Position numbers and translations under genes: made by a program. A stretch of DNA of 63,998 bases, counting the filler, from Malassezia furfur (taxonomy: Eukaryota), in NCBI GenBank assembly GCA_052055015.1. It is 4 parts of 4 records of this genome, joined end to end, with 100 filler letters (N's around TTAATTAATTAA, not from the genome) between each part and the next. Parts side by side here need not be neighbours in the genome. Positions count along the whole stretch, not along the records: positions 17,409 to 34,688 come from JBQJIT010000228.1; positions 34,789 to 51,987 come from JBQJIT010000229.1; 2 more parts are not named here. One strand, given 5' to 3'. Positions 33,352 through 43,768 of this stretch are shown here, piece by piece. The number at the start of each line of letters is the position of its first letter. The stretch's first letter is position 1. The notes under the pieces are model-generated. The model saw nothing but the letters and a program-made list of their open reading frames with translations, did no database searches and was not told the DNA's origin.

Positions 33352-34688
33352 CTACGAAACGTGTACGGGAAGCGGCGTGCTCACAAACACGGTCGCGGGC
33401 ACGTCTGGCGTATCGGGGATCACCTGGGCCGTGGCATGCAGCGCAAACGTCCCGGAGGACAGGAAACAGAGCGTCTTGCGTACCTCGGCGACCGCATTGG
33501 GCGCGAGCGGGCTGGGGTGCACGGCGGCGCTGTCGCTGCCGTCTGCAAAGAGCACCTGCGCGGCGGCGAACGCCTCGGCGCGCTCCTCCTCGAGGCGCGC
33601 GCCCGCGGTGGGCGCGAGGTGCAGCCGCAGCTGCAGCGGCGCCTCGGTGCGGTTCGTCAGCGTGGCGACCACCTCGACGAGCGCCTCGCGCGCGACCATC
33701 GGCTCGGCGAGGTGGAGGTCGATGCGCACCTTGGGCTGCGAAAAGATGCGCACGTCGTCGATCGATGGCCACTGCGACCGGAGCGACACGTCGCCCGTGA
33801 GCGCGGTGTGCGGCTCCCTCCAAGCGATGCGCACGCTCTCGAGGAGTGCATGGCGCAGCCAGAACTGCGCGTTGCATGCCGCCTGCATCTCGTCCGAGAG
33901 CGGCGACTTGGCCACGACAAACTGGCGCGGCGACAGTTTCGGGATGGGCGCCTGCAGCGCCGCGGTCGTGAGCGTCTGCTTCGCCATCGGCACGTGGATG
34001 CGCACCGTGGTGTGTGGCAGCACGCTGCGCTCCATGTGCAGCGGCACGTCGGGCGCCGCCTGGGCGTCCACGACGACGTCCAGCCACCGCTCCGACACGT
34101 TGCGCAGGTCGAGGCGCAGCAGGAAACTCGGCCCCAGCGTCACCGCCTCGGCGTGCATGAGCTGCGCGGCGAGGTGCTCGGCGCTGTGCGTGTCGACCGC
34201 CGCAAACCCGAGCGGGAGGCACTCGACGCTCGGCCGCACGCTCAGCGGAATGGACAGCAGCGCGGTGCGCAGCACGAGCGCCGCGTCCTCTGCGGCCGGA
34301 TTCCCGTAGTACACACGCACACTTGCCCACGCACACTCGGCCTTTGCGCGCACACGCAGCGGCACGGTGCACGACGCCCGCGGCGCAAGCTCCAGCGTCC
34401 GGGCGTCGGTGCCGACGGCGAGCACGGGCTGGTACAGCAGCTGCCACTCGAGCTCGTGCACGTCGCCGGCGAGCAGTTTGCCGTCGGCGATCGCCGCGCG
34501 CATCGGCGCCTGGAGGGCGTCGTCGAGCTCAAAGCGCACAAACGCAATGGTCTCGTCGGACGCGTTGGTGAGCGTGAGCGGCAGCGTGGCGACCTCGCCC
34601 TCGAGCAGCGCGAGCGCCGTGCGCCCGAGCGTCGGGAGCGACGCGTGCAGCAGCGGCAGGGCCGGCGCGACGTCGCATGCGGCGGGCG
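33352..34688 (-). CDS. TRS120: TRAPP-II subunit Trs120-like C-terminal part (5' truncated by contig end)
   Basis: LLEGEVATLPLTLTN, LLRLDLRN, FWLRHALL..WRE; frame open up to the gap. Confidence 0.7.
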
Positions 34689-34788
34689 NNNNNNNNNNNN
34701 NNNNNNNNNNNNNNNNNNNNNNNNNNNNNNNNTTAATTAATTAANNNNNNNNNNNNNNNNNNNNNNNNNNNNNNNNNNNNNNNNNNNN
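34689..34788. other. Artificial contig-joining spacer
   Basis: N44-TTAATTAATTAA-N44. Confidence 0.98.
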
Positions 34789-37701
34789 GGCTTTGCGTGG
34801 ACTGCGTGTCTTGGGCAGCTGGGCGGGTGCGCCGCCGCCCGCGCTGCTCTCGGCCATGAGCTGCGCGAGCTCGTTGTCGAGCGCGAGCTCCGCCTCGCGT
34901 GCGCGCGCGGCCTCTTGCTCGTGCTCGAGCGCCTCGATCTCCTCGGCGGTCGCGGGCGGCGCGGCGTCGGGCGCGGCGTCGCTCTCGTCGTCGTCGTCGT
35001 GGTGCCGGCGCGGACCCTGCTCCGAGTCGCTCTCCGAGTCGCTCTCCGAGTCGCTCTCCTGCGCGGCGCCCGCGGCGACGTTGGCGAGCTGCCGCCGGTG
35101 GTAGAAGGGCAGCACGGCGTCGAGGCGGCGCTCGGCGTCCGCCTGGTCGTCGTCGCGCCACACGAGCTTGGGGCGCAGCGTCTCGAGCGTGTGCTGCAGG
35201 CGGTACGCGACGTCGGCGGGCAGCGGCTGCCCCTTGCGCCCCACGTACACGCGGAAGGCCAGCAGGAACTCGTCCATGCGCTTGCGTGCGAGGCCCGTGT
35301 CGAAGCACGCGCCGCACGTGTCGAGCAGCGTGCAGACGAGCGTGATGCGGAAGTAGTCCGTCGCGCCGTCGGGGCCGCCCGCGAGGCAGAAGCGCGCGAG
35401 GCAGTCCATCACCACGTGGCTGTTCACCACGCGGTAGTTGTACAGCTCGCCAAGGTAGTGCACGAGCGCGACGCGCTGCTGGTTCGCCGCGTACGCGTTC
35501 TGCTCGAGCCCCGCGTGGATCGCCTCGGCGATGGCGTCCAGCACGGGCACAAAGAAGGCGTTGTGCACGGGGTATAGCGCGCGCATGATGCGCGCAAGGA
35601 GGTGCACGAGGTGGAACTTGAGCTCCCACGGCCGTGTGAACCGCGCCGCGAGCGCCGCACGCACCTCGTCGCGCGTCCAGTCGAGGCGGCGCACGAGCTG
35701 CACGACGCGGTCGACGTTGTGCTTGTTCAGCATGTGGCAAAAGAGGTGCGTGATGAACTGCTGCATCACCGTCGGCGCCTCGTGCACCACCGCAACGCGC
35801 GGCGGCGGCACACACTGGTAGTACGCGTTGTCGAGCAGCAGCGCGACGCGCGAGTCGGTGTGGTGTGCCGCACGCTTGCGCTGCAGCAGCTGCAGCATGC
35901 CGCTCATCCGCTCCGCCGTCGCGGGCGTCCGCACCAGGTAGCGCCCACACGTCTCAAGGAAGAGCGCCAGCACCTCGAGCGCGGGCACGCCAAAGTCGTC
36001 GAGCAGCGTCTTGATGCAGTAGAACACTAGGTGCTCCGGCACGCGCCCAAACTTGACCAGCTCGCCCAGAAACACGGCGTTGCGCGCACGGCTCAGCGCG
36101 GTCCCGACGTCGTTCGCGCGCCGCCGGTGCAGCGCACGGAACTCGGCGTCCAGGCCCGCCAGCACCCCGTGCGTCACGTCGGGCATGCACGCATGCAGCG
36201 TCGCCACCAGCCGTGCATAATACGGCAGCAGATCGCGCCGGTCGCGCGACACACCGAGCAGGTGGCGCACGAGCCGCGCACGCGTCGCGCGCGTATTGCA
36301 GAACGCCAGCTCGACGGCCGCCTGGTCAATCATCTCGCGGCTCGCGAGGCTCGGCAGGCGCGCCAGCACCGCATTCACCTGCGCGGGCACCGACGCGGCG
36401 TCGACCTCCTCGCCGCCGCCCTCGGCTGGCGCCGCACCGCCGCCCGCGTCCTTGAGCAGCGCGGCGGGCACGTGCATGCGCAGGTCACACAGGTCCGTGT
36501 AGAAGAAGCGCGTCTCCTCGTCCTCCCATGGGCTCTGCCCAGACGCGAGCTCCTGCTCCATCTTCGCGCCTATCTCGGCGAGCACCGACTTCGCGTCCAG
36601 GTTCACCCCGAGCCGCGCCTCGGGCGCCTTGCCGCCGTCGGCCACGGGCGGCATGCGCACACTCAGTTGCTCCGACAGCCCCTTGGCCGCCTCGACGAGC
36701 CGCGCCAGCTCGGCGGCACGCCGCTCAAACGTCTGCTGCCGGTCCTCAAACACCTCGCCGGAGCGGATGTATGCGTCGCGGTTGCGCTCCTCCTGCTGCA
36801 CGAGGTGCTGCGTCAGCATACGCACGTACCGTGCGCTCCCGCTGGATGCGCCGCGCAAGCGTCGTAAAGTAGGTCTCGAGCAGCTTCCGAAAGCGCGCCT
36901 TGGTCGCGGCGGGGACGAGCGCATTCGGCTCCGTCGCCGCAGGCGCCACGGCCTCACCCGCCTCGTGCTCGACCACGGGCGCAAGAAGGTGCGCGCCGTA
37001 CGCCTTGAGCAGCGGCAGGACGAGCGAAACGTTCGCATGGTCGCGGTCCTGGACAAGCTGCGTCAGCGGCGCCCACGTACCAAGCTGCGCAGCGCATTGT
37101 ACAGCACGTCGTGACCCATCGTGGCGACGCGCTGCGCGTCGTCGTCCTCGGGCACCTCGGTACCCAGCAGGCCGGTCAGCGCCAGCTCGGCGGCGCCGCG
37201 CAGCAGCACACGCTGCCGGCCGAGGCGCGCCGCCTCGTCCTTCTCGCGCTGCTCCGCAGAGAGCTCGTGGAGCGCAGCAAGATTCGGGGGTATGAGCTGC
37301 GCACTCACCGCGCGCGTCAAGGGGATTGTGAACGCCTCAGCGCCGTACCGCCGGTGCAGCGTCGCGATCAGCTCCACGGCCGCGAGGCGGTCCTTCAACG
37401 TCGCGCTCCGCCATAGTAATTCGGGAAGGCTTGGCACCAGCTCATCCAGATACTTGCCGAGATTTAGTGTGTCGACGTCGCGCAGCAGCTGGTCCTTGGC
37501 GTCGGCCACGTTGCCCTGGCGCACGCGCTTGATGAACGTCGAGTTGCGCTTCAGCGACGCGTCCAGCGCCTGCGGCGCGGCCCTGGCACCGGCGCGCCAC
37601 ACGACGGCATTTTGCGCAAAGAGCGCTGCACGTTGCCGATCGCGCTCGCCCGCTTGGGCATCGGACGCGGGTTTCGCCCCGCCCTCCGCTGCCGCGCTCA
37701 T
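34789..37701 (-). CDS. NMD2: Nonsense-mediated decay factor Upf2 (3' truncated), introns 37058-37080 and 36808-36829
   Basis: LDASLKRNSTFIKR, WEDEETRFFY, three MIF4G domains (YLGELYNY, DYFRITLVCTLLDTCG), acidic tail. Confidence 0.92.
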
Positions 37702-38450
37702 CGACCGTGCAGACGTCGACGCGTTCGACGTCGTAAATTAGTCAGCAATGCGCACTGGCGCCCGCGGCGCGACCTCCAGGCACGATCGGCGGCAGCGACG
37801 GCACCGAGAACGTCCACGCGACCGAAATGGTCCACACGAATGCCGCGGGCACGATTACGTGTCGTGCACGACTCGCCGCACGCGCGCGAACAAAGGGTCG
37901 CGCAGCGAGCGAGCAGCCTGCACACCCTCTGGAAGCCTACTGCGCTCGCGCGCAACTGCCCCAGCCCATTGGACCCCGGGGACAGCGTTCCAGCCTTGGC
38001 ACCACTCAGCGCACGCGCGCTGCGTCCCTGCACGGCCCTTGGCCATGAAATCACCACCTTGCATCTCGGCCGAGACACCCGAGGTCGCGTGAATCCATCG
38101 TGCATCGAGTTCTGCTAGGCGACTCGGTGGTTGTACGAACAGCAGCGTATTCCTCCCACCACCCTTTGGATCTCGTCGCACGCGAGCTGCGAGCGCGTTT
38201 GACACACGCTCGAACCGTCCCTCTTTACCCCGCTGTAGTGTTGTTTTCCGAGCGGTACGTACTCACCGCGGCGCACAGGCCTCCTGCAGCAGCGCACGCC
38301 GCGCATCTGAAGAACAGAGCGCTGACCCTTCAGCGCGCACACGTCGGTGACTTCTCCTTCCTCCCCGGACTCCTTTTCTTTTTCTGTTCTTTTGGTTTTG
38401 CTTCGCCTCAGCGGCACCTCACCCCACGTTTCGTTTCGGACTCGAGCATC

Positions 38451-39692
38451 ATGAGTGTTCACACAGCCAGCTCCGATCTCGGCACCGACGCGCCCGCGGG
38501 CCTGCCTGACCATCAGGCCAATCTCGTGCACGACATCTCTCTCTCGGGCTCCAATATTCCTTCCAATGCGTTCGACATAACCCTGTCGCCGAGCGAATCG
38601 TCGGCGGCGCTGGACACGAGCGTCGGCAACATGTTTGCTCAGGACGCTGCCAACACCTCGGGCATAATGGGTGCACAGCAGGCCGGCCACGCCATGGCGT
38701 CGTTCCCATCGCAGTCCACCTCCCAAACATCGTATACCCAGACCGTTCCAGCTCCAATCGTCATTCGCGCATTGATTGTCACCAGCGACGCCAGTATCAT
38801 CATCGGCAAACAGGGCCGTCATATTAACCAAATCCGCGAGCTGAGCAACGCGCGGTTGAATATCAGCGAAAGCATCCCCTCCAATCCTGAACGCATCTTG
38901 ACGGTCTCGGGCCCGCTGGACGTTGTGAGCAAGGCGTTTGGCTTGATCATGCGCCGCATCAACGACGAGCCCTTTGACCAGCCTTCCCTGCCAGGCTCGC
39001 GCGCCGTCACCATTCGCCTAATCATCCCCAACTCACGCATGGGCTCCATCATCGGCAAGCAGGGCAGCAAGATCAAAGAGATCCAGGAGGCGAGTGGCGC
39101 GCGCCTCAATGCAGGCGAGGCCATGCTTCCTGGCTCTACGGAACGGACCCTGAGCATCACCGGCGTCGCCGATGCCGTGCACATTGCCGTGTACTACGTC
39201 GGGGCGGTCTTGCTGGAGCACCAGGACCGCAACGCCAACAACCTGGCTTACCGCCCTGCGGCGGCCACCCGCGCCATGGGCACGCCGCAGTTTGATGTCA
39301 CGGGCATTGCGCCAGCCGCGGGTATGATCAGCCCGACGGTGCCGGCGCCCAGCGCGTTTGGCTTCCCCGGGCAGGCGGCGGCGGCGCCCAGCACGCTCGC
39401 GTCGACGGTCGCGCCCGGCTCGCAGACCCAACAAATTTTTATTCCGAACGACCTGGTTGGCTGCATCATTGGCAAGGGCGGTCAAAAAATCAATGAGATC
39501 CGCCAGCTTAGCGCAAGCCACATCAAGATTATGGAACGCGGCGCGGGCCTCGCCGCGGGAGGCACGGGCTCGGAACGCCTGGTCACCATCACGGGACCGC
39601 CCCCCAACATCCAAATGGCCGTCACGCTCCTTTACCAGCGTCTCGAGCAGGAGAAGATCCGGCTCGCACGGAGCTCTGCAGGTGCAATCTAA
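38451..39692 (+). CDS. Triple-KH RNA-binding protein (Pbp2/Rnc1/hnRNP E-K type)
   Basis: Three KH GxxG loops: IIGKQG, IIGKQG, IIGKGG. Confidence 0.9.
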   Translation: MSVHTASSDLGTDAPAGLPDHQANLVHDISLSGSNIPSNAFDITLSPSESSAALDTSVGNMFAQDAANTSGIMGAQQAGHAMASFPSQSTSQTSYTQTVPAPIVIRALIVTSDASIIIGKQGRHINQIRELSNARLNISESIPSNPERILTVSGPLDVVSKAFGLIMRRINDEPFDQPSLPGSRAVTIRLIIPNSRMGSIIGKQGSKIKEIQEASGARLNAGEAMLPGSTERTLSITGVADAVHIAVYYVGAVLLEHQDRNANNLAYRPAAATRAMGTPQFDVTGIAPAAGMISPTVPAPSAFGFPGQAAAAPSTLASTVAPGSQTQQIFIPNDLVGCIIGKGGQKINEIRQLSASHIKIMERGAGLAAGGTGSERLVTITGPPPNIQMAVTLLYQRLEQEKIRLARSSAGAI

Positions 39693-39932
39693 TCTGCCTG
39701 CCTTCTTTTTCCTATTCTCCGTACCTTTGTTCCAGTAGTGCGTCTTCCTACAGTAATGTACTATTTCGCTTCGTCTGTCGCACGTTCGACCACGACGCAC
39801 GCCCACCACGTGGAGTCGACGCGCGCCCGTCGCTGCGCAGACTAGGGTTACGTCACGTGTCTCTGCCGGCGTTGGCCCGAACGTAACCCGCCACAGTCTG
39901 GGCTGGTCGGGTCATCCTCTGATTCCATCACT

Positions 39933-40465
39933 ATGCCTGTGACGTGAGTGCGATGCGCAGAATCGGAGCAGCATACTGACACACGAGCCTACTCGGCTTA
40001 TGCCATCAGCGGTTCTGACATCTTCAAGATCTTCTTCGCGATCTTCCTCCCGCCCGTGGGTGTGTTCATGGAGCGCGGCTGCAACGCCGACTTCTGGAGT
40101 ATGTGTTGCACACGACTTGCTGCCTAGCGCGGCAGCATTGTCACAAGAACAGTACTAACCTTCTAGTTGACGTCCTGCTGACCATCATTGGTTACTTCCC
40201 GGTACGTACCATGCTTGACAATCGTATGCTAACACAACAGGGTATCATTTATGCAGTGCGTATTCCCATGCACCCGTGTGCAACTACTAACACGGCATAC
40301 TTGCCCTGTCGTACAGCTGTACGCACACTCTCTCGATCTACATGGGCATCGGGGGTCCTTCTCCGCACAGATTACTAACACAAGCGCCACTCTGCGCAAA
40401 TTTCTCCAGCTATGTCATGTACGTCTTCCCGTGTGTTCGGCTAACGCGGTAGCTTCCGTTATTAA
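39933..40465 (+). CDS. PMP3: Plasma-membrane proteolipid Pmp3 (57 aa, 7 exons)
   Basis: Exons 39933-43, 40010-98, 40167-201, 40241-55, 40317-18, 40410-18, 40453-65 give MPVTGSDIFKIFFAIFLPPVGVFMERGCNADFWIDVLLTIIGYFPGIIYALYVIFRY*. Confidence 0.9.
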
Positions 40466-40752
40466 ATGGGACGTGTAATGGGCGCGTAATACAAATTAAA
40501 TCGCCTCGGCGTGCTCATCGGGTTTCGAATTGCCTTAATACATCTAGAACTCGTATAGGAATCACCTCAATTCATCACTCTAAATTTAGCGAGCCTGCGC
40601 TCCGATCGCGCCGGTCATGCGGATCTCGTCTGGATCGGTCCCAGGCACCGCGGCCGCGACCAAATCGCCAAAAATCAGAAAGCTTAGATAGGTGCATGCA
40701 GTGGCGTTTCGTATTTTTACATTGTTTACATATTAACTGGCCGGTCCCGTCC

Positions 40753-42429
40753 TTAGGCAGTCAGCGGCATCTTGCTCCCTTGCGGGAAGTGGAAGTTAGA
40801 AAGGTAGGATTCAATAATGTTGGCCGCCGCAGTCGTACCACCCGCCTGCATCGCGCGCAGCTTCCACGCAAGCGCAGCATGACGGAACTTGTCCCCCTTG
40901 TCCTCGAGCAACTGAGCCAGCTTCGTGCTCACGTCGATAGGGTCAAAGAACGGCGACTTTTCAGCCCACAAACCGACACCAGAGTGCTCGATGTAGGCAC
41001 CAATATCGTGCGTGTCCACCCACTGCGAAACACAGAACTGAGGAATGCCATAGTACAGCGCCTCGTTGAACGAGTTGCCACCACCGTGGTGCACACAGAC
41101 GGCCACCGCCGGGTGCTGCAGCACATCCTCGACGCTCGGAAGCCACTCTTCCCGACGGATAAACAGAGGCAAGCGCGACTCGTCTGCGCTGGGAATGGGT
41201 TGCGACTCGAACGGCAGCTTGGGGATCTTCCAAAGAACCTGCAGCTCGGGGAACAGGTCGTGGAGCCGCAAAAGCGCCTCAACAATATTGTCATAGTCCC
41301 GGCGCGAGTAGAAGAAGATGCTTCCCATATTAATGTACACAACACGCTTGCCGTTCAACGAGGCCTGGTCCAGCCACGCCTTCACGGGGTCCGTGCGCAT
41401 AATGCCTTGCGCCGTCGACATGTCCTTGTCGAGCGCCATGTCCACCACGGTCGGCGTCGAGGCAATCGACAAGGGCGGCGACATGCTCGAGGGCGTCACC
41501 GGCACCACCATCGTCGGGGTGCTCAGCTGCATCGCCTTGACGCTCGAGCGCAGCGGGCTCGTCGCAGACGGAGGGAAGCAGAGCCCCACAAAGTACACCG
41601 AGTTATCGTAGGCTGACGGGTGGAAAAAGTCCATGTTGGCCACGTTGAAGGAGATGGTCGCAATCTGCTCCTTGAGCATGCCCGGCGTCGGCGTCATCAC
41701 CGAGTCGCACACAATGTCGGTCGGCTCGAGCCCAAGGACCTTCTCACGGAAGCGGCGACGCTCCTTAGCCCACGGGTTGAACAGGACAAACTTGAGCCAC
41801 ATCAGAATAAACATGACGTTGTGCAAAAACGTCAACAGACCACCCTGGAACTTGCGGCCACCACTCATGGGCATGGGCGCACGCCACAGGTCCACGTCCT
41901 TGGCCACCGCGGAAGAGGCACCAGGCGAAGTCTCGATGAAGGGACGCTTCGTAAGGCGGACACCATCCACGGCAAAGGGACTAAAGTTGTCCACAATCAC
42001 CAGGTCCGGTGATTGCTCCTCAATCATGTCACGGATATGGAAAACAAGGTCGCGGTAGTCGTCCGAGCTCGGCGGCACCAGTTCGGTAAAGATCTTCAGC
42101 CAGCCCCAGATATCACCAGGCGCCGAACGGCAGTACTTGTGGAAACGCTCCGGGTCCTCTGCAGCCTCCGCCGTGTAGTCGGCGAGAGCTTCACCCGACC
42201 CGAGCGAGTAAAATACAAGCGGCTGCTTCGCCAAAAACTCTTCACTGGGCCGAGTGTCGGGCTGCGGCACGCGGCCAAGCTTCGTCTGCAGCTTCTGCAC
42301 CTTGCGGAGGACATTGTCGGAAGACGCAAGGACCACTTGGTGGCCACGGTTGATCAGCTCTTCCGAAACGGCCAGAAGCGGGTTCATTTGACCCGTTGCG
42401 GGATTTGTGATGATCAGGAACCTCCTCAT
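40753..42429 (-). CDS. GT1-family UDP-glycosyltransferase, smut glycolipid (Ugt1/Emt1)-like
   Basis: N-terminal TNPATGQMNPLLAVSEEL, VYINMGS, donor-binding box WLPS..VLQHP..VHHGGGNSFNEALYYGIPQ. Confidence 0.88.
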   Translation of the reverse strand: MRRFLIITNPATGQMNPLLAVSEELINRGHQVVLASSDNVLRKVQKLQTKLGRVPQPDTRPSEEFLAKQPLVFYSLGSGEALADYTAEAAEDPERFHKYCRSAPGDIWGWLKIFTELVPPSSDDYRDLVFHIRDMIEEQSPDLVIVDNFSPFAVDGVRLTKRPFIETSPGASSAVAKDVDLWRAPMPMSGGRKFQGGLLTFLHNVMFILMWLKFVLFNPWAKERRRFREKVLGLEPTDIVCDSVMTPTPGMLKEQIATISFNVANMDFFHPSAYDNSVYFVGLCFPPSATSPLRSSVKAMQLSTPTMVVPVTPSSMSPPLSIASTPTVVDMALDKDMSTAQGIMRTDPVKAWLDQASLNGKRVVYINMGSIFFYSRRDYDNIVEALLRLHDLFPELQVLWKIPKLPFESQPIPSADESRLPLFIRREEWLPSVEDVLQHPAVAVCVHHGGGNSFNEALYYGIPQFCVSQWVDTHDIGAYIEHSGVGLWAEKSPFFDPIDVSTKLAQLLEDKGDKFRHAALAWKLRAMQAGGTTAAANIIESYLSNFHFPQGSKMPLTA

Positions 42430-43768
42430 CGTGCTGTCGAAACGGGTTGCCGATGTAGAGAGGGCGAGCTGGGATCCGATGGCCAGCTTTTTATTGTATT
42501 CCGAACTCTGAAACTGCAGGGCCACTTTAATGATTGCACACCCGCTCTCAAACTGTCTGCTGCATTGCAGTACATGGAGACTGCGACATTTGCCACCGTC
42601 TAGGACATCAAAGGTCTGGATCGGCCAATGAAATTCGCTCAACCACGTTATCTGAAGCACAAATTTACACAGGGTTGAGTTGACGCAGAGTTCATTCTTG
42701 ATTCGGAGTGTGAAAGACGAGGGTTCTATGATTCAATTTATGATTGGTCCAGATCACCACTTCTTTACGCGAAGCATCAAGATACGATAGATAAAGATTG
42801 GCCCTATTGTTCAGTTGTCGTGGTGCTAAGATCGAACGTGCAAATATATTTTTCGGATTTCGCTGCGCACAGGTTCCCCTGTTCAAGCGAGCAACGGGGA
42901 TCACGTATTAATCCCGCGAAGCACGTGCGATATTCACTTGGAATCGTGCGTGGTTTCGCCATGCTCTCGGTCAATGTTCCTCGCTGCAGGGCTTAAAGAC
43001 CAGCTGCGCATAGGAGTTAAGAGGAGGTCTAAAATTAAGAGACCCAGAGTAGGTATTTCTCCGCACAACGTGCCCGAGAGCGCAGACTAAGGGCTCGGTG
43101 TAAGACTACACGCCAACGCCACCGTCTTGGCACGTGTATGTGCTTCGAAAGCTATAGAGCGCGGTCAATTAGATCTCTATGTACAATGCAAAGTATTCCC
43201 TCTCTCCTTAACCAGACACCCTACTTTGCTCGCATTCCGATCCGCTTCAGACGCCGTCTTCTGTGAGCCAGGGAATCGCGCTCATCAGGTGTCCGTGCCG
43301 TTGTCGCTCTCGTGACAAATGATTTGAAATCGGATGCAGCTCGGTGCTGACAAAAAGAGGTCATGAATGCGGGACCAACGCCCGGACGCCGATGCTGCAA
43401 TGTCGCCAAGGGGGGATGCAGATGTTACTTGGCGTCTGCTTGTCACCGAGGCCGGGCTGTCCAGGGTGCCTGAAGCCGCGTGGTCCCACAATTAAGCCAA
43501 TCCAAGCCGCGAAATTCGAAATAGGATAAGGGCGTTCGAGTGCCCTGCTCCGAGCTATTAGGTAATCTGGTGAACAAACCCAATCGGGCGCCGCGTTGTT
43601 CGTGTTGGCGTAGGCATGCCCATGCAAGTTGTTGTTCAGTTGACCCATAGTCCATCGGTGCGCGCACGCCCTTGCGCCAGTGTTGAAATCCGTTTGTACA
43701 GCGAGCGCGTTGATTCTTCAAGCCATTACTGTCAAACCACACCTACTGGATTGTGGTCCTTTTTCAAG
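42430..43768. promoter_or_regulatory. Long shared divergent promoter of the UGT and CYP genes
   Basis: 1.34 kb without a credible ORF, visibly lower GC than the flanks, several CCAAT/ATTGG and CTCGG/CCGAG motifs. Confidence 0.6.

Noticed and set aside
32254..34740. Long antisense or alternative-frame ORFs (also 2364-4298, 43718-45472, 50003-51541)
   Set aside because: Shadow ORFs caused by high GC3 on the opposite strand of real genes; no recognisable domains.
35021..35056. 12-nt tandem repeats (also at 28-70)
   Set aside because: Coding low-complexity repeats (ESDS in Upf2, EDAK in Stm1); not CRISPR or mobile DNA.
40500..40650. Possible C/D snoRNA (GTGATGA on the minus strand) and hairpin between PMP3 and the UGT
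   Set aside because: No convincing CTGA D box, terminal stem or rRNA antisense element; more likely 3' UTR sequence.
43006..43015. TGCGCATAGG as a Rua1-type cluster regulator site
   Set aside because: Single partial match to a motif recalled from memory, and no regulator gene nearby.
42430..43768. Possible centromere in the GC-poorer stretch
   Set aside because: The drop is only to roughly even GC/AT, not the strongly AT-rich core described for Malassezia centromeres; a divergent promoter explains it.
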